NCBI GenBank assembly: GCA_048213135.1
Contig: PS015009.1
Coordinates: forward strand, 620,001-684,000
Reading direction: 5' to 3'
DNA length: 64,000 nucleotides
From: Reclinomonas americana ATCC 50394
Taxonomy: Eukaryota
Part shown: positions 30,850 to 43,900 of the stretch, one piece after another
Position numbering within the stretch: position 1 is the first letter of the stretch
Layout of the letters: each line of letters starts with the position of its first letter
Translations under genes and position numbers: made by a program
The notes under the pieces: model-generated
Seen by the model: the letters and a program-made list of their open reading frames with translations, nothing else
Database searches by the model: none
Told to the model about the DNA's origin: nothing

Positions 30850-31509
30850 TTAATTATATATCCATAATAATACCGGTTTTGCCGACCGGTCGATATATTC
30901 CTGTAAAGTCCTGAGAAACACGGGTGCAACAGTGGGACAACCCCAGCTGAGACAGAGCCTGTCCGGGGCAATCTCTCCCTCCGGCACACAATCGTGGGCA
31001 TGTAACACCACACAGCGTTCGTAGGCTTTGTTGTTGGTATTGTCGAGACCATAAAGTTTATAAGCCAGTCCGAAACTGCCGGTGTAAGAATTCCCAATCT
31101 TATACCTGCCCACGGAAGTAGCCAGGCTGCCGGGCACATTGGAAAAATGCAGTTCATTGTCACCTTTTCCCGATCCGCTGCCATGTGCCACCAGGCCGGA
31201 ATGTTCCACCTCTTCTGTCTTGAAATTATAAACGAAAAAACGCCACTCACCGGAAGGAATACTCATGTCAACCAGGAAACAATAATTACTGTTGTACCCG
31301 TGTGACTTTACAAATGCTTCGGCTTCCTCTGCTTTCAAACGCGTCCGGGCAGTCCTCATTTTGGCAACGGTGGCCTTATTATTTTTAACGACGGTTTCCC
31401 TGGCAGTAACGCCGGCCGGCCTGGGAACCAGCAGAAAATAATATCCGAAAGCAGTAATGGCAATCACGCAGATAAGCGCGGTGGCAAAGGTTCTCATTAA
31501 GATTTTCAT
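30850..31509 (-). CDS. Murein L,D-transpeptidase catalytic-domain protein (YkuD_2-like)
   Basis: VAHGSG, FSNVPGSLATSVG, VVLH...SWGCP (catalytic His/Cys); N-terminal anchor. Confidence 0.88.
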   Translation of the reverse strand: MKILMRTFATALICVIAITAFGYYFLLVPRPAGVTARETVVKNNKATVAKMRTARTRLKAEEAEAFVKSHGYNSNYCFLVDMSIPSGEWRFFVYNFKTEEVEHSGLVAHGSGSGKGDNELHFSNVPGSLATSVGRYKIGNSYTGSFGLAYKLYGLDNTNNKAYERCVVLHAHDCVPEGEIAPDRLCLSWGCPTVAPVFLRTLQEYIDRSAKPVLLWIYN

Positions 31510-31715
31510 TGCAGGAACGCAGGTTTAGATGCTTAACGGCGGCAATTCCATAAACTGTATTTTCTTCCTGTTAAAAAAGACTTAAACGAATTATTTACTC
31601 CAGTCAGAATGATTGCCGGTTTACCATTGACCATTGGGACAACAGGGGATTCAGAGCTGGGTTAACGATCTGACTGGTTGTAATCAATTGAAGCACCCTA
31701 TCGTAAATGGCAAAC

Positions 31716-31741
31716 AAAAAAGGTATGCTTTCGCATACCTT
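31716..31741 (-). terminator. dxs terminator
   Basis: AAGGTATGC-TTTC-GCATACCTT with an A-run on the left. Confidence 0.75.
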
Positions 31742-31772
31742 ATAATCATATCATTTTAAAACCAGGTATTTT

Positions 31773-33701
31773 TTACCCGATCAGTTCTTTAACTTTTAGC
31801 GCGGTCATTTCACGCAGTACACCGGCAATGCCGTTGGCATCGATACCAATTTCATCGTACAGTTGTTTGGGAGAACCGTGTTCCACCAGCCTGTCGGGGA
31901 TACCCATCACTTTTACATCGGCTTTATAACCATGCTGGTTCATGAATTCGAGGATGGCGCTGCCAAATCCGCCGACAACAGTACCATCTTCCACGGTAAC
32001 GATCTTATGGTATTTGGTAAACACTTCATGCAGCAGGGCTTCATCGAGCGGCTTCACAAAACGGATATCGTAATGCGCCGGGTTGATGCCTTCGGCCTTT
32101 ACGTCGCGAATAGCCGCAGCAGCAAAATTGCCCGGGTGACCAAAAGATAAAATGGCGATATCGTCACCGTCTTTCAGTTTCCTGCCCGTACCAATCACCA
32201 TCTCTTTCATTTCCGTTTTCCATTCAGGCATAACGCCTTCTCCCCTGGGATAGCGGATCACGAATGGTAATTTGGTCGACTCCAGTTGTGCTGTATACAT
32301 CATGTTACGGAGTTCGCTTTCATTCATCGGTGCCGCCACAATCATGTTGGGGATGCAACGCATGTAGGCGATGTCGTAACAACCATGGTGCGTAGGTCCG
32401 TCCTCTCCCACCAGCCCGGCCCTGTCAAGGCAGAATACAACGGGCAGTTTCTGAATGGCTACGTCATGAATCACCATATCGTACGCCCTTTGCATAAAGG
32501 AAGAGTAAATGTTACAGAACACCCGCATACCCTGCGTGGCCAGGCCGGCGCTGAGTGTAACGGCATGCTGTTCGCAGATGCCTACATCCACCGCCCTGTC
32601 GGGCATTTTGTCCATCATAATCTTGAGCGATGAACCACTGGGCATAGCCGGTGTAATACCGAAGATCATTTTATTTTTCTCTGCCAGCTCCACAATGGTA
32701 TGTCCGAACACGTCCTGGTACTTCGGCGGTTGTGGCAGGTCGAATTTTTTCTTTTGAATTTCACCGGTCACTTTATCAAACAGGCCCGGGGCGTGCCATT
32801 TGGTCTGGTCTTTTTCGGCCAGTTCATAGCCTTTGCCTTTTACGGTTTTGATGTGCAGTAATTTCGGACCGGGAATATCACGCAGGTCTTTCAGCGTGTC
32901 TACCAGCTTGGTAATATTATGACCATCAATTGGCCCGAAGTAACGCAGTTTCAGCGCTTCAAACAGGTTGCTGCTTTTGCTCACCATACCTTTCAGCCCG
33001 GCTTCCAGCTTGCTGGCCATTTCACGGGTGAAGTTCTTGCCTACGGGCAGTTTACCCAATGCCTTCCAAACATTATCGCGGAGATCGTTGTAGGTATGCG
33101 ATGTGGTGATATCAGTCAGGTATTCTTTGAGCGCCCCTACGTTGGGGTCGATGCTCATACAATTGTCGTTAAGAATGATGAGGACGTTGCTTTTTTCAAT
33201 GCCCGCGTGGTTCATCGCTTCAAAAGCCAGTCCGGCCGTCATGGCGCCATCGCCGATCACAGCGATATGCTGCCTGTCGGTCTCCCCTTTGTAATGCGAT
33301 GCCATAGCCATGCCCAGCGCCGCAGAAATGGAAGTGGAAGAGTGTCCTACACCGAAAGTATCGTATTCACTTTCGCTGCGTTTGGGAAAACCGCTAAGGC
33401 CGTTGTACTTCCTGTTGGAAGGAAATACATCCCGGCGGCCGGTCAATATCTTATGACCATAAGCCTGGTGGCCTACGTCCCATACCAGCTGATCATAGGG
33501 TGTGTTGAACACATAATGCAGCGCCACGCTCAGTTCCACAACACCCAGGCTGGCACCGAAGTGACCACCATGCACACTCACCACATCAATGATATATTGG
33601 CGTAATTCATCGCACACCTGGTACAGTTGTTCCCTGTCCAGTTTTTTCAGATCCGCGGGATTGTTGATCCCGCTCAGCAGGTCGCCGGCTTTAATGTCCA
33701 T
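31773..33701 (-). CDS. dxs: 1-deoxy-D-xylulose-5-phosphate synthase
   Basis: GGHFGASLG, WDVGHQAYGHKILTGR, GDGAMTAG...NDN, DRAGLVGEDGPTH. Confidence 0.97.
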   Translation of the reverse strand: MDIKAGDLLSGINNPADLKKLDREQLYQVCDELRQYIIDVVSVHGGHFGASLGVVELSVALHYVFNTPYDQLVWDVGHQAYGHKILTGRRDVFPSNRKYNGLSGFPKRSESEYDTFGVGHSSTSISAALGMAMASHYKGETDRQHIAVIGDGAMTAGLAFEAMNHAGIEKSNVLIILNDNCMSIDPNVGALKEYLTDITTSHTYNDLRDNVWKALGKLPVGKNFTREMASKLEAGLKGMVSKSSNLFEALKLRYFGPIDGHNITKLVDTLKDLRDIPGPKLLHIKTVKGKGYELAEKDQTKWHAPGLFDKVTGEIQKKKFDLPQPPKYQDVFGHTIVELAEKNKMIFGITPAMPSGSSLKIMMDKMPDRAVDVGICEQHAVTLSAGLATQGMRVFCNIYSSFMQRAYDMVIHDVAIQKLPVVFCLDRAGLVGEDGPTHHGCYDIAYMRCIPNMIVAAPMNESELRNMMYTAQLESTKLPFVIRYPRGEGVMPEWKTEMKEMVIGTGRKLKDGDDIAILSFGHPGNFAAAAIRDVKAEGINPAHYDIRFVKPLDEALLHEVFTKYHKIVTVEDGTVVGGFGSAILEFMNQHGYKADVKVMGIPDRLVEHGSPKQLYDEIGIDANGIAGVLREMTALKVKELIG

Positions 33702-33833
33702 CAGGATGGTTTTTTAACGTGCAAATCTACATTTTTTAACGGCACGGGGGTGATATTATGCAATTTTTAACTATAAAAAGTTGAGTATCAGCGAGTGTTT
33801 TATCTTAAATTGGTATCCTAACCAGCCAGAATC

Positions 33834-34115
33834 ATGAAACTCTCTCACCCTGTCGTTATTATCCTCCTGCACCCGTTCATTGTAGGTTTCGCCGCTTTAT
33901 GTGTAGCCGTCTTTGGTGGCAGCTTTTCCACAGAGTCTTTTACAGCGCTTTACGGCATATTCTCTTTATTTGCTGCAGCGATCGGTTTCCTGATTTGTAT
34001 TGGTTTCGCCTTTATAAAGGAAAGAAGGCCGCTGATACCCTGGTTCCTTATCGGTACGGCAGTAGTATTGCTTACCGGGTTGTTCGCCTTGTCGCAGATA
34101 GAGTTCAGCAGATAA
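33834..34115 (+). CDS. Small hypothetical 3-TM membrane protein
   Basis: 93-aa ORF with three hydrophobic segments that fills the intergenic gap. Confidence 0.6.
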   Translation: MKLSHPVVIILLHPFIVGFAALCVAVFGGSFSTESFTALYGIFSLFAAAIGFLICIGFAFIKERRPLIPWFLIGTAVVLLTGLFALSQIEFSR

Positions 34116-34174
34116 ATATTAAAAAGAATCACCGGGGTCTCGTTCCGAAGATCCCGTCGGAACCATAAACATCT

Positions 34175-34876
34175 TCAAATCTTCGCATCGCCTGCATACT
34201 TCATCATGCCCAGCACCAGATCGGGGTCAGGACAATTGGCTAGGTAGTAATTTTTTTCACTGGCTTTGCAAACACCGGGGTAGTCGCCTTCTTTCAGGTT
34301 AATATCCTGTATCACCTGGAAATGCAGATGCGGCGGCCAGTCGCCGTTCTCAGCCGGTTCCCCGAAATGACCGATCACCTGCCCGCGGCTGATGTAATCC
34401 CCTTCCTGCAGTTCGGCAATATCCTTTAAACTCATATGTCCGTACAGGGTGTAGAAAGAAACCGTATCGAGCTGATGCAGCAGTATGATCGTCGCACCAT
34501 AATCGCCATAATCTTTATTGAACGCGAAACTGTGTACCATACCGCCGAAGGGTGCATATACTTTTGTGCCTGCAGGTCCCCATATATCAATGCCCAGGTG
34601 AATGGTCCTGGGTTCTTCGCTGCTGAAGAGTGGACTGCGCCTATACAGTATCCTGTCTTCCCCGTATCCGCCGATACCATAACGGCAGCCATTTTGTTCG
34701 AGCACGGCATTGACATATGCGGAGAAACGCTGTGTATCGGCGATCTCTTCCATCCTCAGCCTGGTATTCTTTTCAGAAAAATCAAAAGGATAGAGTTTTT
34801 CCTTTGCGGGGTCAAAGTCCACCAATGGGTGAAACTGGTACTGGTATTTGCGTAAAAGCAATTCGAGAGGTTGCAT
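34175..34876 (-). CDS. M23-family metallopeptidase
   Basis: HLGID (HxxxD), LYGH and HLHFQ (HxH); no signal peptide. Confidence 0.9.
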   Translation of the reverse strand: MQPLELLLRKYQYQFHPLVDFDPAKEKLYPFDFSEKNTRLRMEEIADTQRFSAYVNAVLEQNGCRYGIGGYGEDRILYRRSPLFSSEEPRTIHLGIDIWGPAGTKVYAPFGGMVHSFAFNKDYGDYGATIILLHQLDTVSFYTLYGHMSLKDIAELQEGDYISRGQVIGHFGEPAENGDWPPHLHFQVIQDINLKEGDYPGVCKASEKNYYLANCPDPDLVLGMMKYAGDAKI

Positions 34877-34878
34877 AG

Positions 34879-34906
34879 AAAAAGTCCCGGCGTTTAACCG
34901 GGACTT
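34879..34906 (-). terminator. Terminator after giant adhesin gene
   Basis: AAGTCCCGG-CGTTTAA-CCGGGACTT with an A-run on the left. Confidence 0.75.
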
Positions 34907-34942
34907 AAAATTATGAATACTCTTTGGTATTTGCTGTTATTC

Positions 34943-37900
34943 TTATCGTGTGAGCACGATCCTGTAGCTGGCCCTTTCCTGTGTATTGTAAGCCTCCAGG
35001 ATGTACATGCCGCTGCCCAGGCTGGTCAGATCCATTGGTATTACCGATCCGTAAACCAGGCCGGTGAAACGCATGTCTCTTACTACAGCGCCCCTTGCAT
35101 CAATCACCCTCAGGTTAAACTCTTTGTAGTTGTCGCTGAAGAAGCCGATGTTGAACCTGCCGTTGCTTGGGTTAGGATAGATGCGTAATGCATCCTGCAG
35201 TTTCTGGTGCCTTTCTTTACAATCGTTCACGGTAATGTTGTAGTTCTCGATAGAGATACAACCATTGGCGTTAACAACAGTGTAAGTAAGGGTAGATACA
35301 CCCGTTCCTGCCGCAGTGGCTGAGAATTTGTCTCCGCCGGTGATACCGCGTCCTGTCCAGGTACCGCCTGCTGGTTCAGCTTTCAGGGTTACGATGGTGT
35401 CGGTCAGACAAACCCTTGGCGGAACTTTTGCAAAATTGATATTTGGCAGACCAAACACGATGAGTGTTGCGGTATTCGATATTACGGTGTTGCAGGTACC
35501 GGTAACAACTGCACGGTACTGGTAGAAGCTGAACAGTACAGTTGGGTTAGGTACAGTGTATGATGCAGATGTAGCACCCGGTATGTTCACGAAACCACTG
35601 CCCGTGTTCACCTGCCATTGGTAAGTGATGCCGGTTCCGGTTGCCGCTACAGTGAATGTAGGACTGCCACCGAAGCAAATGGTGATGGAAGCCGGTTGCT
35701 GTGTGATCACCACAGGGTTGTTCACAGTCAGTACAGCCTGGTTGCTGGTTACCGGTGTTGGCGGACAAGTACCGCTGATCACCACCTGGTACCTGTAGTT
35801 ATTCATTGCTGCAGTTACACCGGTGATGGTAAGTGTGGCTGTTGTTGCACCACCGTATACACCACCATTGGTGATATTGGTGAACGGACCACCTGCGCCT
35901 GTAGTGCTTAACTGCCATTGGTAGGTAAGACCTGTTCCGGCGGCCACTACGGTGAAGCTGGTATTGGCACCAACACAAGCTGCTGTATTAGCAGGATGCG
36001 TGGTAATGTTCGGAGGCGTATTCACGGTCAGTGTTGCCGCGGTGGTATTTTGAACACCGCATGTACCGGTTACTTCCAAACGGTATTGGTAACCATTCAT
36101 ACCCGCTGTTGCACCGGTGATGGTAAGCGTTGCAGTAGTAGCGCCGCTGTATACACCGCCGTTGGTTACATTGGTGAAACCGCTGCCGGTATTCACCTGC
36201 CATTGGTAAGAAAGACCCAGGCCGGTTGCCGCTCCTGTGAAGGTTACGTTACCACCGGCACAGATGGTCTGGCTGGTTGGGTTCGCAGTGATCACAGTTG
36301 ACGGGTTAACCGTAATGGTGAAGGTGATCGGTGTACCGGTACAGGTTACTGATCCGTTGGTATAAGATGGTGTTACGGTAATGGTAGCCGTTACAGGTGT
36401 GGTGCCGGTGTTAACCGCTGTGAAAGAAGCGATGTTGCCGGTACCGCTGGCGGCCAGTCCGATAGACGTGGTGTTGTTGGTCCAGCTGTATACTGTTCCT
36501 GCAACTGTACCATTGAAGTTGATCGCCGGTGTAGCAGAACCGTTACATACTGTTTGGTTGGCAACCGGATTCACGTTCGGTGTCGGGTTCACCGTAATGG
36601 TGAAGGTCCTTGAAGCACCGGTACATGTTGTGCCGCCATTGGTGTAAGACGGTGTTACGGTGATGGTAGCTGTTACAGGGGCGTTGGTGGCATTGGTCGC
36701 TGTGAACGATGCAATGTTACCGGTGCCGCTGGCTGCCAGGCCGATAGATGTGTTGTTATTGGTCCAGTTGTATACCGTACCCGCAACAGATCCTGTAAAG
36801 GTTACTGCTGCTGTCGCGGAGTTGTTACATACAGTCTGGTTAGCCACTGCATTCACCGTTGGTGTCGGGTTCACCGTAATGGTGAAGGTAACCGGTGCGC
36901 TGGTACAGGTAGTACCGCCATTGGTATAAGACGCTGTTACAGTGATGGTGGCTGTTACAGGAGCATTAGTGGCATTCACCGCGTTGAATGATGCGATATC
37001 GCCGCTGCCGCTCGCTGCCAGGCCGATGGACGGTGTATTGTTGGTCCAGTTGTACACGATCGTACCGCCAGTAGTTGGACTAGTGAAGGTAACCGCTGTT
37101 GTCGGAGCGCCGTTACATACCACCTGGTTGGCCACGCTGTTTACAACAGGCGTTGGATTAACCGTAATGGTGAAGGTAACCGGTGCGCTGCTGCAGGTAG
37201 TACCGCCATTGGTATAAGAAGCAATCACGGTGATGGTAGCTGTTACAGGATCATTGGTGGCATTCACCGCGTTGAATGATGCGATGTTACCGCTGCCGCT
37301 CGCTGCCAGGCCGATCGACGGTGTGCTGTTGGTCCAGTTATAAACGATTGTTCCGCCGGTAGTCGGGCTGCTGAAGTTAACAGCAGCTGTCGGAGCACCG
37401 TTACATACGGTTTGGTTAGGCACGCTGTTCACAACAGGCGTTGGGTTAACCGTAATAGTGAAGGTCCTTGGTGCGCTGGTACAGGTAGTACCACCGTTGG
37501 TATAAGAAGCGATAACAGTGATAGTGGCTGTTACAGGAGCATTGGTGGCATTCGTTGCGGTGAAAGCAGGAATGTTGCCGGTGCCGCTGGCGCCCAGGCC
37601 GATGGATGTATTGTTGTTGGTCCAGTTGTATACAATGGTACCGCCGGTTGTTGGACTGCTGAAGAATACATCGGCAGTCATTTCACCGTTACATACTACC
37701 TGGTTCGATACGTTGTTCACGATCGGAGTCGGGTTAACCGTAATGGTGAAGGTAACCGGTGCACTGGTACAAGTGGTACCGCCATTGGTATAAGAAGCGG
37801 TCACGGTGATGGTAGCTGTTACAGGAGCGTTGGTGGCATTGGTCGCTGTGAAAGAAGCGATGTTACCGCTGCCGCTGGCTGCCAGGCCGATGGATGTGGT

Positions 37901-40900
37901 ATTGTTGGTCCAGTTGTACACGATGGTACCGCCGGTTGTCGGGCTGCTGAAGTTAACTGCCGTTGTCGGAGCACCGTTACAGATCACCTGGTTAGGCACG
38001 CTGTTCACAACAGGTGTTGGGTTCACCGTAATGGTGAAGGTCCTTGGTGTACCGGTACAGGTAGTACCACCATTAGTATAAGATGGTGTTACGGTTATGG
38101 TAGCAACTACTGGAGCATTGCCGGTGTTGATCGCATTGAAAGATGCGATGTTACCAGTGCCGCTCGCTGCCAGTCCGATAGAAGGCGTGTTGTTGGTCCA
38201 GTTAAACACGGTACCTGATACAGCGCCGGTGAAAGTAACCGCGGTTGTTGGTGCGCCGTTACATACTACCTGGTTAGCCACTGCATTCACAGTTGGTGTT
38301 GGGTTCACCGTAATGGTGAAGGTAGTTGATGTACCGGTACAGGTTGTACCACCATTGGTATAAGACGGTGTTACGGTTATAGTAGCCGTTACAGGGTTGG
38401 TGCCCGCATTGATCGCGTTGAACGATGCAATGTTACCGCTGCCGCTGGCTGCCAGGCCGATGGACGGTGTGTTGTTGGTCCAGTTATAAACCGTACCTGG
38501 TACAGCACCGCTGAAGTTAACCGCTGTTGTCGGAGCACCGTTACATACTACCTGGTTAGCCACTGCATTCACAGTAGGTGTTGGGTTCACCGTAATGGTG
38601 AAGGTAGTTGGTGTACCGATACAGGTGGTACCGCCATTGGTGTAAGATGGTGTTACCGTTATAGTAGCTGTTACAGGAGCAGTGCCGGTGTTGATCGCGT
38701 TGAAAGAAGCGATGTTGCCGGTACCACTGGCTGCCAGGCCGATTGACGTTGTATTATTGGTCCAGTTGTACACGATGGTGCCGCCGGTGGTCGGGCTGCT
38801 GAAAGTAACCGCCGTTGTCGGGGCACCGTTACATACTACCTGGTTCGGTACGGAATTAACCGTAGCGGTTGGGTTAACCGTGATGGTAAATGTAATGGGT
38901 GAACCTGTACAAGTAGTGCCGCCATTGGTATAGCTCGGAGTTACTGTGATCGTAGCGGTTACAGGAGCCGTGCCCGTATTGATCGCGTTGAACGATGTTA
39001 TGTTGCCGCTGCCGCTGGCTGCCAAACCAATAGACGGTGTATTGTTGGTCCAGTTATAAACAGTGCCGGTTACAGCACCGCTGAAGTTAACCGCGGTTGT
39101 CGGGGCACCGTTACATACTACCTGGTTAGCCACTGCATTTACAGTTGGTGTCGGGTTCACCGTAATGGTGAAGGTAGTTGGTGTACCGGTACAGGTGGTA
39201 CCACCATTGGTATAAGATGGTGTTACGGTTATGGTAGCCGTTACAGGAGTTGTGCCGGTATTGATCGCGTTGAATGAAGCGATGTTGCCGGTACCGCTGC
39301 CTGCCAGGCCGATTGACGTTGTATTGTTGGTCCAGTTGTACACCGTACCTGATACAGAACCACTAAAGTTTACAGCAGTCGTTGGCGCACCGTTACATAC
39401 AACCTGGTTGGCCACTGCATTCACAGTAGGTGTTGGGTTAACTGTAATGGTGAAGGTTATCGGTGTACCGGTGCAGGTAGTTCCAGCATTGGTATATGAA
39501 GGTGTTACTGTAATGGTAGCTGTTACAGGAGCAGTACCGGTATTGATCGCGTTGAAAGATGCAATGTTACCTGTTCCGCTCGCTGCAAGACCGATAGATG
39601 GTGTGTTGTTGATCCAGTTGTAAACGGTTCCTGCTACCGCACCGCTGAAGTTAACAGCAGCTGTTGGTGCACCGTTACATACCACCTGGTTGCCTACTGC
39701 ATTTACAGTTGGAGTTGGGTTTACAGTATATGTAAAGGTTGTCGGTGTTCCGGCACAAGTCACCCCAATCATGTAAGTTATGGTCACTACTCCATTACCG
39801 GCATTATCTCCACTCACATTAATTTGTGATGTACCGGTATTATAAGAGGAGCCGCCACCGCCTGCACAACCATCCGAGTCTCCACAGGAGCCACCGCCAT
39901 AACCACCACCGCCGCCGGAAGAACCGCAGCAGCCTGTGCTGTATCCGCCACCGCCGCCGCCATAACCACCGTTACCTGCAGCTGCGCCGGGATACATATT
40001 ACCGCCCACAGCGCCGCCACCCATTGTGGCAACACCATTACCCGAGAAACCACCTCCCGAAGCGCCGTATCCTGTACATAGTCCGCCGTTTGGTCCGGCA
40101 ACACCAGCTAATCCATTCCTCGATGGTGTTGGTATTCCCGCGCCGCTCGTAGTGCCTGAAAGGCCTTGTCCGCCATTATTGCCGCCTAACACATTACAAT
40201 GGAAGGCACCGCCGCCGCCGCCTGCAATAATCAGGGGGCTTGATGTTACAGAGTTGACTACAAAGCTTCCTCCGCCGCCGCCGGTACCGCAACCAGATAC
40301 AGTATTATTACCGCCCTGGCCGCCGACAAGAATATTCAGTACCTGTCCGGGAGTCACAGCAAATGTGCCGGTCATAGATGCGCCCGAGCCGCCGATAAAG
40401 TTCTGTCCGCCGCTCTGGCCGGTTGAATTTCCGCCTTTAGCTCCCTTGGCAGTTATCACTATTGAAGTAACGCCTGCAGGAACTGTCCAGTTTTGCATAC
40501 TTCCTGTGTAATTGAAAGTTTGCGTTGATGATGATAAGGGAGTAAAGGTCTGCGGTGTTACGGTTACCGTTGCAACTACCGGAGCATTAGTAGCGTTCAC
40601 AGCATTGAAAGATGCAATGTCGCCGGTTCCGCTGGCTGCAAGACCTATTGAAGGCGTGTTATTGGTCCAATTGAACATAACCCCGGCTGGCGTACCAGTG
40701 AAAGCAACCGGTGCTGTTGGTGCGCCATTGCATATTACCTGGCTAGAAACCGGGTTGACAGTTGGAGTAGGGCTAACAGTTATGGTTCCGTTTGCCGTTA
40801 TGGTTCCGCAACCACCGGTTAATGTAACCGTATAAGTATACGGCGATCCTGCTGCAGAAGTTGGCGTACCGCTGATCGTTACTACATTGGCAGCCCAGTT

Positions 40901-43900
40901 ACCGGTTACACCAGTTGGCAATCCGCTGAAGGTTGCACCCGTTGCACCCGTGGTTGAATAAGTGATATTCGTTATGGCTGAGTTTTGGCAAACGGTTTGA
41001 GCATTGGTACCCGCTGCCGATGTCAGCGTGATGGTATTATTCGGTGTCACGGTGATGGTACCCGTAGCAGTAGTAATACCGCAACCTCCTGTGAGTGTAA
41101 CGGTATAATTGAATGGAGATCCTACTGTTGAGCTCGGCGTACCGCTGATCGTTACTACATTGGCAGCCCAGTTACCGGTTACACCGGCAGGCAATCCGCT
41201 GAAAGTAGCGCCGGTAGCACCGGTAGTACTGTAAGTAATAGGAGTGATCGGTGTATTGATACAAACGGTTTGTGCGTTGGTACCTGCTGCCGATGTCAGC
41301 GTGATGGTATTATTCGGTGTTACAGTGATCGTACCGTTAGCTGTTGTAGTAGGGCCACAACCGCCGGTCAGGGTAACTGTATAACTGAACGGAGAACCTA
41401 CAGATGATGCAGGTGTGCCGCTGATGGTCACCACGTTCGCAGCCCAGTTACCGGTTACACCTGCGGGCAGTCCGCTGAAGGTGGCGCCGGTAGCGCTCAC
41501 GGTAGAATAAGTGATGTTAACGATCGGTGTATTGATACAAACGGTTTGTGCATCTGTACCTGCCGCGGAAGTCAGCGTGATGGAATTGTCCGGGATCACG
41601 GTAACAGTAGGCTTGTTGGTCAGCACAAGATTGCAATAAGGCACAGGAGATACACCCTGCCATACGCCTGCCAGTCCTGTTGAATTGATAGCATTGGCTG
41701 AATAATCTTTTGCGTTGCCGGAACCTTCGCTGATCCACCAGCTGGCCACCAGTGTGGGGTTGCCGGTACTGGTCAGGAAAGACAATTGGTTGGCAGCAAT
41801 CTGGGCCTGTGTACGCACACTGTTCCAGATTCTTACATTATCAATATTACCCCTGAACTGGTTAAAGTTACCACCTGCGTCAGAGCCAATGTGTCCGCCG
41901 CTGGAAGTTACATTGATCGCAGGAACACCACCTACAGTTCCGATGGAAGTTCCATTCACAAACAATTCAACCGTACCGGATACATAAGTACAGGCAATGT
42001 GGTACCACTGTCCGTTCACGAATGTGAATGGTCTTGAGAAATCGCCCGCACTGTGACGGGTAAAGGTGAGCTGCGTTTGGTTACTGCTCACACCCAAAGC
42101 ATAGCTTCCGTCTTTATTGAAAAGACGACCGAAGTCAGGATCACCGTCAGGTTTGATCCATCCCTCAATGGTAAAGTTATTGGTCACGTCCAGCGCAGCA
42201 TTTTGCGGAATGGCAAAACCAGACTGGCCGCCGTTCAGGTAAACAGAGTTGCTGTCTGTTTCTGCCAGTACATTAAATGTTGTATTGCTGAAAAGGTTAC
42301 CTGTCGGGAAGTTAAGGGCTGCACCTGTTCCGGTTGCAGGACCGGAAACAACTACGTTGGAAGGATCAATACGTAATGTATAGTTGATACCCGGTTGTGT
42401 TGCTGCCACGGTAACTGTAGATCCTGTTCCGGTACAAACACTTGTTGGTGATGCGGTAACTGTCTGATCAACGATCGGGCAGGAAGTGATCACCAGGGTA
42501 TAGGTTGCGCCGTTACCGAAACATCCGTTCGCATCGGTTGCCCTCACCACGATCGGGAAGGTACCGGTTGCTGTTGGAGTTCCGCCCAGTACACCTGCTG
42601 CTGACAAGGTCAAACCTGCAGGCAGTGAGCCGCTGAATAAGCTGAAGTTCGTAGTGCCTATACCACCGGTTTGTGTAAAGGTCTGGCTGAAAGGAATACC
42701 AGTCTGACCAGTTGTAACAGCCGGGTTGGTTACGGTGATGGCTTGACAGCCGATTACCAGGTTGTAGGTCGCACCATTGCCGAAACAACCATTACCATCG
42801 GTAGCCCTTACCACAATGGGGTAAGTACCTGCCGGGGCAGATGGTGTTCCGCTCAGTACACCGGCAGCTGACAGGGTAAGGCCGTTAGGCAATGTACCGC
42901 TGAATACGCTGAAGGTTGCACCGCCGATAGCGCCGGTTTGTGTAAAGGTCTGGCTGAAGGCTGTACCATTGGTACCGGTTGCAACACCGGGGTTGGTTAC
43001 AGAGATCGTTTGACAACTGATCACCAGATTATATGTCGGGCTATTACCTGTACAGTTGTTACCATCGGTTACCCTCACCACAATCGGGAAAGTACCGGAT
43101 TGTGTAGGTGTACCGCTCAGTACGCCGGCAGCAGATAAAGTAAGGCCGGTTGGTAATGTGCCGCTGAATACGCTGAAGGTTGCACCGCCGATAGCACTGG
43201 TCTGTGTAAATGTCTGGCTGAAAGCAGTACCTACTGTACCTGTTGTGGTACCCGGGTTGGTCACCGTAATGGTCTGGCAACTGATCACCAGGTTATAGGT
43301 TGTGCCTGTTGCGGTACAGCTGAGGTTATCGGTAACATTCACTACAATCGGGAAAGTACCTACCACGGTAGGTGTTCCGCTCAGTACACCGGCAGCAGAT
43401 AAAGTGAGGCCGGTTGGCAGTGTGCTTGATGTAGAGAAAGTATATGGTGTTGAACCACCGGAAGCAGTGAAGGTCTGGCTGAAAGCAGTGCCTGCTGTTC
43501 CTGTGGTTACACCCGGGTTGGTCACCACGGGTTTATTGATCACGATGGAAGCCCTCGCTGGTGTCGTTTCTGCCGCAGGTACATTATCTACAACACCATT
43601 CACGGTTCCTGTACCGCCATTAGCACCGGCCGTATAAGTTACGGTGGCGGTACCGGCAGCTGTTATATTAGGTTGTGCGCCGGACAAAGTTCCGAGGGTG
43701 GCGCTGAATGTAATGGGTAATCCGATCACCCTTACCAGGTTCGCTAAAGCAATAGACGTTCCTGCAGAGTTGGTGAGGAAACTGGCTGTTACAACAGATG
43801 TACCGGAGGTATAGCAAACAGGACTGGTAGCTGCTGTTAATTTCAGTTGCAGCCAGGTTGCGGTATTGAGTGTACCTACACCACCGGAGCCGGTAATGGC

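Noticed and set aside
36300-43520. CRISPR-like or non-coding repeat array
   Set aside because: The repeats are 260-290 bp in-frame coding units of one ORF, with no short repeat-unique spacer pattern and no cas genes.
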